Shown here: positions 37,346 to 47,829 of the stretch, in pieces
How the letters are laid out: the number at the start of each line of letters is the position of its first letter
How positions within the stretch are numbered: the stretch's first letter is position 1
Assembly: GCA_963849325.1 (NCBI GenBank)
Contig: CAWKHF010000009.1
Coordinates: 224,001 to 288,000, forward strand
Direction: 5' to 3'
DNA length: 64,000 nucleotides
From: an uncultured Planctomycetota bacterium
GTDB lineage: Bacteria > Planctomycetota > Planctomycetia > Gemmatales > Gemmataceae
Position numbers and translations under genes: made by a program
Notes under the pieces: generated by a model
Seen by the model: only the letters and a program-made list of their open reading frames with translations
What the model was told of the DNA's origin: nothing
Database searches by the model: none

Positions 37346-38118
37346 TCAGCCCACGCGGCCGCCACCGTCCACGATCAACACCTGTCCCGTCACGTATGCC
37401 GCCGCGTCGCACGCCAGGAACACGACCGCGCCGGCGACATCGTCGGGTTGTCCGTGCCGGCCGAGCGGCGTCTGCCGCATGATCCGCTCATACGCCTCGC
37501 GGTCCTGGAACAGCGCCGCCGAGAAGCGCGTCTCGATCAGTCCCGGCGCCACGGCGTTGACGCGGACGCCGCCCGGTCCCAGCTCCTTCGCCAAGGCTCG
37601 CATCAGGCCGAGCAGCCCCGCCTTGCTGACGCTGTAGGCGCCCAGTCCCGGTAATGGATCAATGCCGGCGATCGAGGCCATGAACACGATCGCGCCGCGC
37701 CGCGCGCGAACATGCCCCGCACCGCCGCCTGCGCCGTCAACAGCGCCCCCGTCAGGTTCACGTCAAGGATCTTGCGCCAGGCGTCGAGGTCCGTATCCAG
37801 CAGCGGCCCGAGGACGGGGTTGGTTGCGGCGTTAATGACGACAATGTCGAGAGGAAAATTCGCTCGATCGAGTTTCTCGAACAGCTGCGCGATAGCGTTC
37901 GGATCGCCCTGGTGGCAGACGAAGGGATACACGTCGGCGCCGCCGGCCCGGAGTTGGTCGGCGGCGAGGGCGAGGTTGTCGGCCTTGCGGCTGGTGATGG
38001 CGACGGCGGCGCCGCGCCGGGCCAGTGCCTCGGCCACGGCCAGGCCGATGCCCCGGCTGGCGCCGCTGACCAGGGCGCGACGGCCCGTCAGGTCGAACGG
38101 ATCGCTTGCCGGGGACAT
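37346..38118 (-). CDS. SDR oxidoreductase, DHRS4-like (frameshift ~37700)
   Basis: SGASRGIG, NAATNP, YSVSKAG, VNAVAPG. Confidence 0.92.
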
Positions 38119-38136
38119 GGTTCCCTCCAATCGCCG

Positions 38137-38195
38137 TCCGAGCCGCGAGCGTCAGCGAGCGGACTTGCCCCGCTCGCTGACGCTCGCGGCTCGGA
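38137..38195. repeat. REP-like 26-bp perfect hairpin
   Basis: TCCGAGCCGCGAGCGTCAGCGAGCGG, 7-nt loop, reverse complement. Confidence 0.9.
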
Positions 38196-38207
38196 TGCAG
38201 CGCGTCC

Positions 38208-39779
38208 TCATCCACCGGTCGTCTCGGCCGGGTCCTTGCCGTCCGTCCACGGACCTTCCAGCTTCTGATAGTCCGGCGGCTGCAGGGTGCTGCCCTTGTC
38301 GCCGCCTTTCCAGCCGAGGATGTGGCTGGGTTTGCCGCGCTTCTTGCTCCGCGCCTCCCAGCTGCGGGCCCAGCCTGGATCGACGTCCCGCGTCTTGCGC
38401 TGCTCCTTGTCCCAGAACAGCACCTTGCCGTGACGGTAGCTGAGTACGCCCATGTTGACCGTGGTGAACGCCGCCGCTCCTAGCTCCGGCGTGCTCAGCG
38501 TCTCGCGGTTGCGCGAACGCACGCACTCCAGGAAGTTCTCGTACAGCGAATAGGTGGCGTTATGTTCCGGCTCCTTCCGTTTCTTCTTTTCCTCCTCTTC
38601 CTTCCACCGAGGATTGTCGAAGGCGTGGACCGGCTTTCCGAAGCCATCCTTCGGCTTGGCCGGGCCGCCGGCGAACTGCTGGGCGTACACCTCAAAGCCC
38701 TGGACGTAATCGCCGCGGCCGATGAATTGGATGGTTCCCAGCCGGCCGCGGATCACCTCGCCCAACTGCGTGTCGTTGCACATTGTCGCCGAGATGAGGA
38801 CCTGGCAGCCCTCGTCGTAGTCGGCGACGACCGTGGCCACGTCCGGCACGTCCCGATTGTCGTACTCCAGGTAAATGCCGCCGCCGCCGACCACACGAGC
38901 CGGATAGCGCACGCCCATCGCCGAGATCAGGTGCGTCGTCTGATGCACGAACAGGTCGGTGAACATGCCGCCGCCGAACGGCCAATAGCAGCGCCACTGC
39001 GCCCACACGGCCCGGTCGAACGGCACCTTTTCCGGCGGCGGGCCGAGCTTGACGCCATTGACGTCGAACTGGTAGCCCAGCCACATCTTCCAGTCGATCG
39101 TTTTGGGCGTCATGTCCTTCTTGAGCGGATAGTAGCGCCACTGTCCGCCGATGTAGTTGCGATAGTAGCTGGTCTGTCCTTGCAGCACCTTGCCGATGTT
39201 GCCTTCGCGGATGTAGTTGTGGGCCTCGCGCCAGGTGGGGTCGGCCATCGACTGCACGCCGACGGTCATGACGCGATTGTGCTTCTGGGCGGCGTCCACG
39301 ACGGCCTGCGCCTCGGCGATGGTGCGCGTCATCGGCTTCTCGCAGTAGACGTCCTTGCCGGCCGCCAGGGCGTCGATGCTCATGCGCGCGTGCCAGTGGT
39401 CCGGTGTGGCGATGGCGACGACGTCCACGTCTTTCTGATCGAGGATCTTGCGATAGTCCTTGGTGACGTGGTCCTTGTCTTCCTTGATGCCGCAGCGATT
39501 GGCCGACGGGTACAGGCCGCGGCCCTTCTTGCTGCCCAGTTCGGGATCACCGTCCCAGACGTCGCAGACGGCGACCGGCGTAACGGCCTTGCCTTCCTTC
39601 TGCATTTGCAGGATGACGTCGATGTGCTGCTGGCAGCGGCCACCGACGCCGAGGAAGCCGAGGCGCAACTTGTCGTTGGCCCCGACCACCTTGGCATACG
39701 ACGACGCCGTCAGCGCCAGCGCCGAGGCGCTCGCGGCCGTCGTTTTGAGGAAATCACGACGATTCTTCTTGGTGGACAT
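38208..39779 (-). CDS. Tat-exported Gfo/Idh/MocA oxidoreductase
   Basis: RRDFLK, GVGGR, IATPDHWH, CEKP. Confidence 0.93.
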   Translation of the reverse strand: MSTKKNRRDFLKTTAASASALALTASSYAKVVGANDKLRLGFLGVGGRCQQHIDVILQMQKEGKAVTPVAVCDVWDGDPELGSKKGRGLYPSANRCGIKEDKDHVTKDYRKILDQKDVDVVAIATPDHWHARMSIDALAAGKDVYCEKPMTRTIAEAQAVVDAAQKHNRVMTVGVQSMADPTWREAHNYIREGNIGKVLQGQTSYYRNYIGGQWRYYPLKKDMTPKTIDWKMWLGYQFDVNGVKLGPPPEKVPFDRAVWAQWRCYWPFGGGMFTDLFVHQTTHLISAMGVRYPARVVGGGGIYLEYDNRDVPDVATVVADYDEGCQVLISATMCNDTQLGEVIRGRLGTIQFIGRGDYVQGFEVYAQQFAGGPAKPKDGFGKPVHAFDNPRWKEEEEKKKRKEPEHNATYSLYENFLECVRSRNRETLSTPELGAAAFTTVNMGVLSYRHGKVLFWDKEQRKTRDVDPGWARSWEARSKKRGKPSHILGWKGGDKGSTLQPPDYQKLEGPWTDGKDPAETTGG

Positions 39780-39804
39780 AAAGCAACCCTCCCTTTCCTC
39801 ATCA

Positions 39805-39862
39805 AGTTCGGAGTTCGGAGTTTGGAGTTCTGTATTTACTCAGAATTCCAAACTCCGAACTC
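39805..39862. repeat. Inverted array of 7-bp units (GGAGTTY)
   Basis: GTTCGGAGTTCGGAGTTTGGAGTTCTG ... CAGAATTCCAAACTCCGAACTC. Confidence 0.8.
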
Positions 39863-39864
39863 GG

Positions 39865-40605
39865 TTAGTTCTTGTGTTGTTTCAGCAGCCACTCATACAG
39901 CTCGTCCGTGTCGTAAGCGCGGTCCCAGCTGTTGTGACCGACGCCCGGATATTCGGTATATTTCGCTTGGCCGCCAGCCTTTTTGATGGCCTCGGTCATC
40001 TTGCGCGATGCCTCGACCGTGGCGGCCCGGTCGGCGTCGCCGCAAAAGCACCAGCAGGGGATATCCTTGATCTTGTTGGCCTGGGCCGGATCGCTTCGGC
40101 CGCAAATCGGCACGATCGCCGCCCACTTGTCCGGCTGGGCGAGGGCCAGGCCCCAGGTGCCGGCGCCACCCATCGACAGGCCGGTCAGATAGATACGTTT
40201 CGGATCGACCTTGTATTCCTTCTCGACCTCGGTCAGGATGTCCAGCGCCCGTTTAGCGTCGGGCGAGTCCGCCTTCCAGGTCTTCTCTGCCTGCGGGATG
40301 ATGACCAGGCAAGGGAAGGTCTTTTCGCGCTTCCGAATCGCCGGCCCGATGCCCACCTCGACGGGCTGCTTCTCGCCGCCCTTCCGCTCGCCGGCGCCGT
40401 GCAGGAACAGGATCAACGGAGAGGGCTTGTCGCCCTTGTAGCCGTGCGGCACGAACAGGACGTATTTGAACTCCTTGCCGTCGGTGTCCTTGTGAACGCG
40501 GTGGAGAAAGCCCCGCGAGGGTTCGGCGGCGCAGGAGCGCGCCGGCGACAGGGACAGCACGGACACGGCAACCCCAACCAGGGCCAGCCGGCACACAGCG
40601 ATCAT
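39865..40605 (-). CDS. Exported alpha/beta hydrolase (phospholipase/carboxylesterase-like)
   Basis: FLHGAGE, TGLSMGG, EYPGVGHNSW. Confidence 0.9.
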   Translation of the reverse strand: MIAVCRLALVGVAVSVLSLSPARSCAAEPSRGFLHRVHKDTDGKEFKYVLFVPHGYKGDKPSPLILFLHGAGERKGGEKQPVEVGIGPAIRKREKTFPCLVIIPQAEKTWKADSPDAKRALDILTEVEKEYKVDPKRIYLTGLSMGGAGTWGLALAQPDKWAAIVPICGRSDPAQANKIKDIPCWCFCGDADRAATVEASRKMTEAIKKAGGQAKYTEYPGVGHNSWDRAYDTDELYEWLLKQHKN

Positions 40606-40862
40606 GGTACGGTCCTCCGGATAAAGGGAACAATCCAGCGGACGATGCTTGGGCGGAGATCGTACCGTATCACACGGCGAGCGCTTCCGCCACCGACACG
40701 CGAAAAAAAAGAGGGAAGAAGGCGCCGAAGACGGGGGCCAAATCCGACGCGGGCCGCCAGATGGGATCAAGAGGCGCCCGCGGGTGTGCCGATCTACCCT
40801 GGGCATTGCCTTCGCGGTCGAGCGGTCGATACTCTGCCTGGCGGTCAACACCCTGAACGCGC

Positions 40863-41570
40863 ATGTCACGACGCTCTCCCCTGGTTGCGGTCATGCTGAT
40901 TGCCCTGAGTTGCACGGGCAGGGGAATGGGCCGACCGCGCGCCGCGGAGACGGCCGGCTGGCTGCTCGGCTCCGGCGCCTGCCCGGAAGATCCGTGCGCC
41001 GGGCGAGAACCTTACCTGCCCCAACCGGGAGATCTTGTCTTCTATTCCCACGACAAGTTGCGTTCGCGTTGCCTGTACGCGCTGGCCCACACCGGCAAAC
41101 CTTACCACGTCGGCATCGTCGTCAACCTGCTCGATGGCCGGCCCGCCATCCTCGAAGCCGGCCCGTATGACCTTGTCAACGTCTACCTGATGGACCTGCG
41201 GCCGCGTCTGCGGACGCACGAAGGGCCGCTGTGGATACGCCGACGCTGCATGCCCCTGACGCCGGAACAATCGGCGCGCCTGACGCACTTCGCCCTGGCG
41301 CAGACCGGCAAGGGCTTCGCGCTGTTCCGCATCATGTTGGAGGCGACGCCGTTCCGCGCCCACGGCAGCCAACGTTTCGGCAGCGCTCGGGTCGATCGCC
41401 GTTGTTGGTTCTGCTCGGAGCTGGCGATCGCCGCCCTGGCCATCGCCGGCGTGGTTGATCCCCAGGTGATCAAGCCCAACACCGTCTACCCGCGCGACCT
41501 GTTTTGCGATCAGCCGTTCGACCTCAAGCCATGCTGGGAGGAGCCGCGCCGCTGGGTTTGCGATCCGTGA
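40863..41570 (+). CDS. Permuted papain-like NlpC/P60 (YaeF/YiiX-like) protein, possible lipoprotein
   Basis: PGDLVFY, YHVGIV, ILEA, WFCSELA; IALSC lipobox-like signal. Confidence 0.7.
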   Translation: MSRRSPLVAVMLIALSCTGRGMGRPRAAETAGWLLGSGACPEDPCAGREPYLPQPGDLVFYSHDKLRSRCLYALAHTGKPYHVGIVVNLLDGRPAILEAGPYDLVNVYLMDLRPRLRTHEGPLWIRRRCMPLTPEQSARLTHFALAQTGKGFALFRIMLEATPFRAHGSQRFGSARVDRRCWFCSELAIAALAIAGVVDPQVIKPNTVYPRDLFCDQPFDLKPCWEEPRRWVCDP

Positions 41571-41788
41571 GTAGACCCCGCGAGCCGAACAGGGCGGTCC
41601 CCAGGGATCGCGAAACTTCGCCCTCTTTCGCCAGAAGGCAGCGCCGGCGCGACACCCACCCTCTGTCCCGGTTTTTTTGCGAATTCGCCGCGTACCCGGA
41701 GGCATTCCTTAATATACTTGGAGCATGGCCGCGGCGGGTCGTGCACGCCCGGGCGCGGCCGGGTGTGCCATTATTGTCCGGGTGACCC

Positions 41789-42791
41789 ATGAGTAGTTCC
41801 CTCGGTGTCGTGCTGCTGGGGACCGGCAGTAGTTTGCCCGCGCGCGTGCTGCGCAACTGCGATTTCCCCGCCAGCCTGGACACCTCCGACGAATGGATCC
41901 GCTCGCGCACCGGCATCCAGGAGCGCCGCATCGCCAACGCCGGCGAGACCACGGCCAGCCTCGAGCCTGGCGGCGGCCCGCCGCGCCCTGGAAGCCGCCG
42001 GCCTCGGTCCCGCCGACGTGGACCTGATCATCTGCGCCACCGTCACGCCCGACATGATGGTTCCGGCCACCGCCTGTCTCATTCAGGCCGGCCTCGGCTG
42101 TCCGCCCATCCCCGCCTTCGACCTCAACGCCGCCTGCACCGGCTTTCTCTACGGCCTGTCCGTGGCCTCGCAGTTTCTCCGTACCGGCGCCTGCCGGCAC
42201 GTCCTCGTCGTCGGCAGCGAGACGCTCAGCCGCGTCGTCGATTTCAGCGACCGTTCGACCTGCGTGCTGTTCGGCGACGGCGCCGGCGCCGTCGTGCTCG
42301 GCGCCGCCGAGGGATCGCGGCGCGGCCAACACTCGTTCCGCCTGCACGCCGACGGCGGCCGCGGCGACCTGATCCGTCTCAACGGCGTGCGCCTGCGCGC
42401 GCCGGCCTCCTCGCCGGCCGACCCGCGTGTGTCGGATGAATTCGATTATCTGCGCATGAATGGACGCGAGGTGTTCAAGTTCGCCGTGCGGACCATTGTC
42501 GAGCTGATCGGCGAGAGCCTGGCCGAGTGCGGCCTGGCGCCGGCCGACATCGACCTGGTGATTCCGCACCAGGTCAATCAGCGTATCATCGACGCCGCCT
42601 TCGCCGACCTGAATTTCCCCACGGAAAAGTTGATGGTGAACCTCGACCGCTACGGCAACACCTCGGCGGCATCGATCCCGATTGCCCTGGATGAAGCGGT
42701 GCGGACGAAGCGCATCGGACCGGGCGACCGTGTACTCTTGATCGCCTTCGGTGGCGGTCTGACCTGGGGCGGCGGCGTGTGGACGCTGTGA
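41789..42791 (+). CDS. fabH: 3-oxoacyl-ACP synthase III (frameshift ~41965)
   Basis: [45 protein letters not shown]. Confidence 0.95.
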
Positions 42792-42793
42792 AA

Positions 42794-42849
42794 ACAAGTC
42801 CGGCAGCGCCAGCGACGGTTGTTACCCGCCGCTGGCGCTCCGGACTTGT
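42794..42849. repeat. REP-like hairpin between convergent genes
   Basis: ACAAGTCCGG(C)AGCGCCAGCG ... CGCTGGCGCTCCGGACTTGT. Confidence 0.8.
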
Positions 42850-44678
42850 AGCGTCGTGACGTGATGTTGTCGGCGCTTCACCTGTTTCTCCTTCTTCAGC
42901 CGCGCCTCGAATTGCCCAGCTTCGTCGGCACTGATGAGACCGTCGCCGTCGGCGTCGAGCTTGCGGAAGTCCTCGTCCGTACCGAGGAACTCGCGCGGCG
43001 ACAGGTCGCCGTCGTGGTTGCGGTCCATCTTGGTGAACCACAGCGGAGGAGGACTTTTGCTGCCCTTGGCCTGCGCCGTCGGCCCTCCGGGGTAGGCCTG
43101 GACGGCGGTGCGAATCCGCCGGAACCCTCCCTGGCCGGTCGAGATCGTCAGGCGACGCGCGATGTCGCCGGGCGACAGGCCGACCTCGCTTTTGGCCAGC
43201 GGCTTCATCCGCGACCAGCCCGTGCGCAGCTCGCGGATGGACAATCGACCGTCCCCATCCACGTCCAGCACGTCAAATAAGCTACGGCCCTCGTCCGTGA
43301 TGCTCAGCTGCATCTGGCAGCCGCCGCCTTGCACCTGCATGTCGAGATAAGCGGTCAGTTCCTTCTCGGTCAGTTGGCCGTCGCCGTTGCGGTCCACCAG
43401 GACGAAGAGCATATCGAGGAACTGGGCCGCCTTCGCCTTCTTGCGATCAATCACGCCCTTCTTGTCGGTGTCCGCCTGCTTGAATTGCTCCGTGTAGAAC
43501 TGCTTGATGTTGTTGAACTGGTAGTTCGTCTGCTCGCCGACCGACAGCTCGATGCGAGCATCGCCCAGGCCGAACGAGAGGCCAGAGCCGTTGTCCCGTT
43601 GCACCTTGGCGGCCAGCGGCATGGAACGCTTGCTCGGGTTGAAGACCTCGGCGCGAACCGCTTTCATTCCGCCCATCTCCTTGGAGAGGTTGCGCACCAG
43701 CGAAGCGAACAGACCCTTCGCTTGATCGAGGTTGCCGATACGGGCCATTAACTCCAGGTCGGCATCGCGCTGAAAGAAGCCGGCGAACTCCTTGGCGTCG
43801 AGCTGATCGTCGCGGTTGGCGTCCAGCCGATCGAACAGCGCCTCGTCCACGGTCAACTCGTCCCGATCCAACTTGCCGTTCTTGTTCTTGTCGTAGTGGG
43901 TCAGCACTTGCCGAGCCACGCCCTCAACCGTGCCAGGCTTGATTTCGAGGAACCCCATGTCGGCGTTTGGAGCCATCGCTCCCCTCGCCCTGGGGAGAGC
44001 GCCACCAGAAGAGTTGTTGCCGCCGGGCCGCAATTCGTTGGCCGTCAGCATCTCGTCCTCGTCGAAGTCCAGGCGCCGCAGCGCGGTCGGCGCCTTGGCC
44101 AATTCGTCGGCGGAGAGCTTGCCGTCCTTGTTGGCGTCGAGATACTTGTACAACGTGTTCGTCACCGCGTCGGTGCTGGCGCGATTGGAGCCGTTGGAGA
44201 ACTGAAGCGGGCCGAAGCCGGCGCGCTGATAGAAGCCCGTGAACTCGGCGAAGCTGACCTTGCCATCCTTGTCGGTGTCGATCTGCTGCATGCGGACGGT
44301 CTGACCATCGTAGGGGAAGCCGATCGAACCTTGCAGATGGAAGCGCAGAAATTGCATGTTTGGCGCGCGCTCGGCTTCCTTCTTGTCCAGCACGCCGTCG
44401 CCGTTCTGGTCGAAGTAGGCGAAAAACTTCTTCATGTAGTCGTCCCATGCGGTGGCATACGGCCGGCCGTCCTTGCGCAGGTGCAGACGCACGAGCACCG
44501 GCCGATCGCTGGCCGCGAAGACGAAATCGAGAGAATCGATGTCGAGATTGATCGGCGCCATCTTCGGCATGTCCTTCTTCGGCGGCGCGACCTTGGCTGT
44601 CTGCCCGTCGGCCGTCAGCGGCACCGAGGACAGAACGGCCAGCAGCGCGAGGCCGCCCAACAAACCGCGTGTCGTCAT
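42822..44678 (-). CDS. Exported multi-EF-hand protein
   Basis: About ten DxNxDG-type motifs (DQNGDG, DTDKDG, DANKDG, DRNGDG, DVDGDG, DRNHDG, DADGDG). Confidence 0.88.
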   Translation of the reverse strand: MTTRGLLGGLALLAVLSSVPLTADGQTAKVAPPKKDMPKMAPINLDIDSLDFVFAASDRPVLVRLHLRKDGRPYATAWDDYMKKFFAYFDQNGDGVLDKKEAERAPNMQFLRFHLQGSIGFPYDGQTVRMQQIDTDKDGKVSFAEFTGFYQRAGFGPLQFSNGSNRASTDAVTNTLYKYLDANKDGKLSADELAKAPTALRRLDFDEDEMLTANELRPGGNNSSGGALPRARGAMAPNADMGFLEIKPGTVEGVARQVLTHYDKNKNGKLDRDELTVDEALFDRLDANRDDQLDAKEFAGFFQRDADLELMARIGNLDQAKGLFASLVRNLSKEMGGMKAVRAEVFNPSKRSMPLAAKVQRDNGSGLSFGLGDARIELSVGEQTNYQFNNIKQFYTEQFKQADTDKKGVIDRKKAKAAQFLDMLFVLVDRNGDGQLTEKELTAYLDMQVQGGGCQMQLSITDEGRSLFDVLDVDGDGRLSIRELRTGWSRMKPLAKSEVGLSPGDIARRLTISTGQGGFRRIRTAVQAYPGGPTAQAKGSKSPPPLWFTKMDRNHDGDLSPREFLGTDEDFRKLDADGDGLISADEAGQFEARLKKEKQVKRRQHHVTTLQVRSASGG

Positions 44679-46024
44679 GACAGCACCTCCTTGATCGGCT
44701 TGGAGCCGGCGTCGGCGATGCGGATGGGCCGGCCGACGTTGGACATGTTCTGCTTGGTCGGATCGACGCCGACGGCACTGGCCACGGTGGCCAGGAAGCT
44801 CGGCACGCTGACCGGCTTGTCCTTGACGGTCACGCCGTCGGGGCTGGTTTGGCCGTAGACGGCACCGCCCTTGATGCCGCCGCCGCTGAGGACCGTGCTC
44901 CAGGCATTGGGGAAGTGATCGCGGCCCTGCTGCGGATTGATCTGCGGCGTTCGTCCAAACTCGCCCATCCACACGACCAGCGTGGTGTCGAGCAGACCGC
45001 GCTCGTCGAGGTCTTCGAGCAGCGTCGCCCAGGCCGGATCGAGCACCGCGCACAGCTTCTTGACCTGGTCGAAGTTCTGCTGATGCGTGTCCCAGCCGAA
45101 CACGTTGTTGCCGGGAACATTGGTCAGCGTGATCTCGATGAACGGCACGCCGCGTTCAACGAGACGGCGCGCCAGCAGACAGCCCTGGCCGAACAGGTTA
45201 CGGCCATAACGGTCGCGCAGCTTGGGATTTTCCTCGTGCAGATCGAACGCCTTGCCGGCCGACGTGCGCATCAACCGTACCGCGCGCTCGTAGGCCGACT
45301 GATGGCTCAGGGCCGGCCCACCGGGATGGCGAGTAACGAAATCACGCTGCAAGCCGCGCAGCAGGTCGATGCGGGCGTCCATCTGCGGCGTCTTGATGTC
45401 GCCGGGCGGTTGCAGATCCTCGACCTGGAGCGCCCTGTCGTAGTCGGTCCCCTGGTTGCCGAAGCCGAACCCCTGGTTGCCGACCATCAGCGGAGCGTAC
45501 TGCGGTCCCAGGAAACCGGGCGTGTACGCCGCCGGACTGAAGAACGGCACCGGCGCGATGCTGACGAAGCCAGGCAGGGCGGCCTCGGCGCCGCCCAACT
45601 CCTTCGACAAAGTCGATCCGAGAGGGGGATATTGCACCGGACCTTGCGGCAGATAGCCGGTGCGCAGGTAGTAAGTAGCCCGGCTGTGATCGCCTTCCTT
45701 GGTGGACATCGAGCGCACCAGGGCGAGGTGCTTGCCGTGCTGGGCCAGGCGCGGCAGGTGTTCGCTGATCTTCATGCCGGGCACGCTGGTGGCGATCTCC
45801 TTGAAGGGACCGCCGTTGGCGTGGCCGGGCTTCAGATCGAAGGTGTCCGTCTGACTGGGTCCGCCGGCCATCCACAAGAGGATACAGGCGCGTTGGCGCT
45901 GGGGAGCCTGGGCCGCGGCCGTCGCCAGGTTCTCCAGCCAGCCCGACATCGATCCGCCCAGCACGCCCGCCGCCGACAAACGCAGCCATTCCCGCCGCGT
46001 CAACTGCAACGAAGAACGAGACAT
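44675..46024 (-). CDS. DUF1501 protein (Tat)
   Basis: RREWL, WMAGGPSQTDTFD, WDTH, GEFGRTP, GRDH. Confidence 0.93.
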   Translation of the reverse strand: MSRSSLQLTRREWLRLSAAGVLGGSMSGWLENLATAAAQAPQRQRACILLWMAGGPSQTDTFDLKPGHANGGPFKEIATSVPGMKISEHLPRLAQHGKHLALVRSMSTKEGDHSRATYYLRTGYLPQGPVQYPPLGSTLSKELGGAEAALPGFVSIAPVPFFSPAAYTPGFLGPQYAPLMVGNQGFGFGNQGTDYDRALQVEDLQPPGDIKTPQMDARIDLLRGLQRDFVTRHPGGPALSHQSAYERAVRLMRTSAGKAFDLHEENPKLRDRYGRNLFGQGCLLARRLVERGVPFIEITLTNVPGNNVFGWDTHQQNFDQVKKLCAVLDPAWATLLEDLDERGLLDTTLVVWMGEFGRTPQINPQQGRDHFPNAWSTVLSGGGIKGGAVYGQTSPDGVTVKDKPVSVPSFLATVASAVGVDPTKQNMSNVGRPIRIADAGSKPIKEVLS

Positions 46025-46045
46025 GGATGAGAACTCCTTGCGTTT

Positions 46046-46143
46046 GGCGAGCGGGGGGCGTCAGCCCCCTGTTGCTTCGGAACAGGGGGCTAACGCCAGC
46101 CCCCTGTTGCTTCGGAACAGGGGGCTAACGCCCCCCGCTCGCC
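46046..46143. repeat. REP-like element with a 35-bp internal tandem duplication
   Basis: GGCGAGCGGGGGGCGTC[AGCCCCCTGTTGCTTCGGAACAGGGGGCTAACGCC]x2 CCCCGCTCGCC. Confidence 0.9.
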
Positions 46144-46148
46144 CAGGG

Positions 46149-47747
46149 TCAATGATTGAGGAAAAATTCCGTACTGTTGAGCAGCGCCCACAACACGTCG
46201 CCCAGCGCCGCCTTGGGGTCTTTGGCCGCGCCGCCCTTCTCGACGTAACGACGATAGGATTCGGCCTCGTCCGGCCGCGGCTTGCGCAACAGCGTCGCCA
46301 AAAAAAGCGTCTCGACACGGCCATCCGTGTCCAGGAACGGCGCGTGGGCCACCGCCGTCAGAAATTCGCTGCGCTGGGGGTGCGTGGCCTGGGTGACGAG
46401 ATTGCTGTTCATCAGGGCCAACGCCTGCGGGATCGACGTTTGGTACTCGGTGCGTTTCTCCTGACTGGTGAACTTGGACTCGAACGACATCGTGGACGAG
46501 TTGAAATTGAAGCGGCGCTGATTGCCGTTGGGGTTGGGGGTGCCGGTCGCCAGGAGGAAGCTCTCGAACAGCTGGTCCTGCGACAGTCCCTTGACCGGCA
46601 TGCGCGCGAACAGGTGGATGTCCGGCTGGCTCGGCCCCGGATGGCTGCTGGCGAGCTGATACGTCTTGCTGAGCGCGATGGCTCGGATGACGAAACGATA
46701 ATCGAAGCCGTGGCTGGCGAATTGGCGGGCCAGTTCGTCGAGCAACTCGGGATGGCTCGGCTTGTTCTCGTCGCTGAAATCGTCCACCGGATCGACGATG
46801 CCGACGCCGAAGAAGTGGGCCCACAGGCGGTTGACGGCGGCGCGAGCGAAGAAAGGATTGTCCGCGGCGGTCATCCAGTCGCCTAGGGTGTTGCGGGCGC
46901 TGACCTTGTAGCGCCACTGCGGCTCCTTGCCGTCGAGGAAGCGGGCCTGGGCGACGCGCTCGGTGCCGGGGATGGCCAGCTCGCGGCGGTCGGCCTTCTC
47001 GTTCAGCGGCGAGTACATGTTGCCGGGAAACTGGGCGCGGATGCCGCCGAAGAAGGCGGCCTGGCCCCAGAACTGCTCGCGCGTCCAGCGGCCGAAGGGG
47101 TGATTGTGGCACTGGGCGCACTCCAGGCGGACGCCCAGGAAAAGGCGGGCCGTGCTGGCGGCGAGGTTCTCCGGCTTGCCCTCCTTGGACAGGTAGAACG
47201 CCAGGGGCGACGGGTTGCCGGACTGGGGGCTAAAGTAGACGTTCTGCTGGTTCATCCCATTGAGCGGCATCGTGATCAGTTCGCGTACCATGCGGTCGTA
47301 GGAGGTGTTGTCGGCGAACTGTTTGCGCAGCCAGCGTTCGATGTTGGCGCTGAGGTTGCGCTGCTGGAAGTCGGCGTTGGCCTCCGGCAAGAGCAGGTCG
47401 CGCCAGACGTTGCTGAAATTGGTGACGTAGCCGGGGCTGTCGAGCAGACGTTCGATGACGCCGGCGCGCTTGTCGGAGTTCGGATCACGGAGGAACTGCC
47501 GCGCCTCGGCCACCGAGGGAATGCGGCCAATCACGTCCAGCGATAGCCGGCGTAGAAAGGCGCCGTCGTCGGCCAGCGGCGCCGGCGTCACCTTTTCGGC
47601 CGACCAGCGCGCGGCGACGAACTGATCGATGCGAGCGGCGAGCGTGCGAGCGTCGTCTGTTGGGGCGGGATCGGCCCAGGCTGGCGCGGCCAAACAGCCG
47701 GCCATCAATGCCGCGATCCAGAATCGAGCATGATTCATAACAGGCAC
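46149..47747 (-). CDS. DUF1549/DUF1553 protein
   Basis: FLRRLSLDVIGRIP, CAQCHNHPF, NPFFARAAVNRLW, PSHPELLDELA, LLNSTEFFLNH. Confidence 0.93.
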   Translation of the reverse strand: MPVMNHARFWIAALMAGCLAAPAWADPAPTDDARTLAARIDQFVAARWSAEKVTPAPLADDGAFLRRLSLDVIGRIPSVAEARQFLRDPNSDKRAGVIERLLDSPGYVTNFSNVWRDLLLPEANADFQQRNLSANIERWLRKQFADNTSYDRMVRELITMPLNGMNQQNVYFSPQSGNPSPLAFYLSKEGKPENLAASTARLFLGVRLECAQCHNHPFGRWTREQFWGQAAFFGGIRAQFPGNMYSPLNEKADRRELAIPGTERVAQARFLDGKEPQWRYKVSARNTLGDWMTAADNPFFARAAVNRLWAHFFGVGIVDPVDDFSDENKPSHPELLDELARQFASHGFDYRFVIRAIALSKTYQLASSHPGPSQPDIHLFARMPVKGLSQDQLFESFLLATGTPNPNGNQRRFNFNSSTMSFESKFTSQEKRTEYQTSIPQALALMNSNLVTQATHPQRSEFLTAVAHAPFLDTDGRVETLFLATLLRKPRPDEAESYRRYVEKGGAAKDPKAALGDVLWALLNSTEFFLNH

Positions 47748-47829
47748 CTCCGCGATGAAGTCGAAAACCGTTCGTCGTGAAGCTGTTCGCAGTCGGACGC
47801 CTCGGCAGCGCCAGGCCGCGAGCGGCCGC

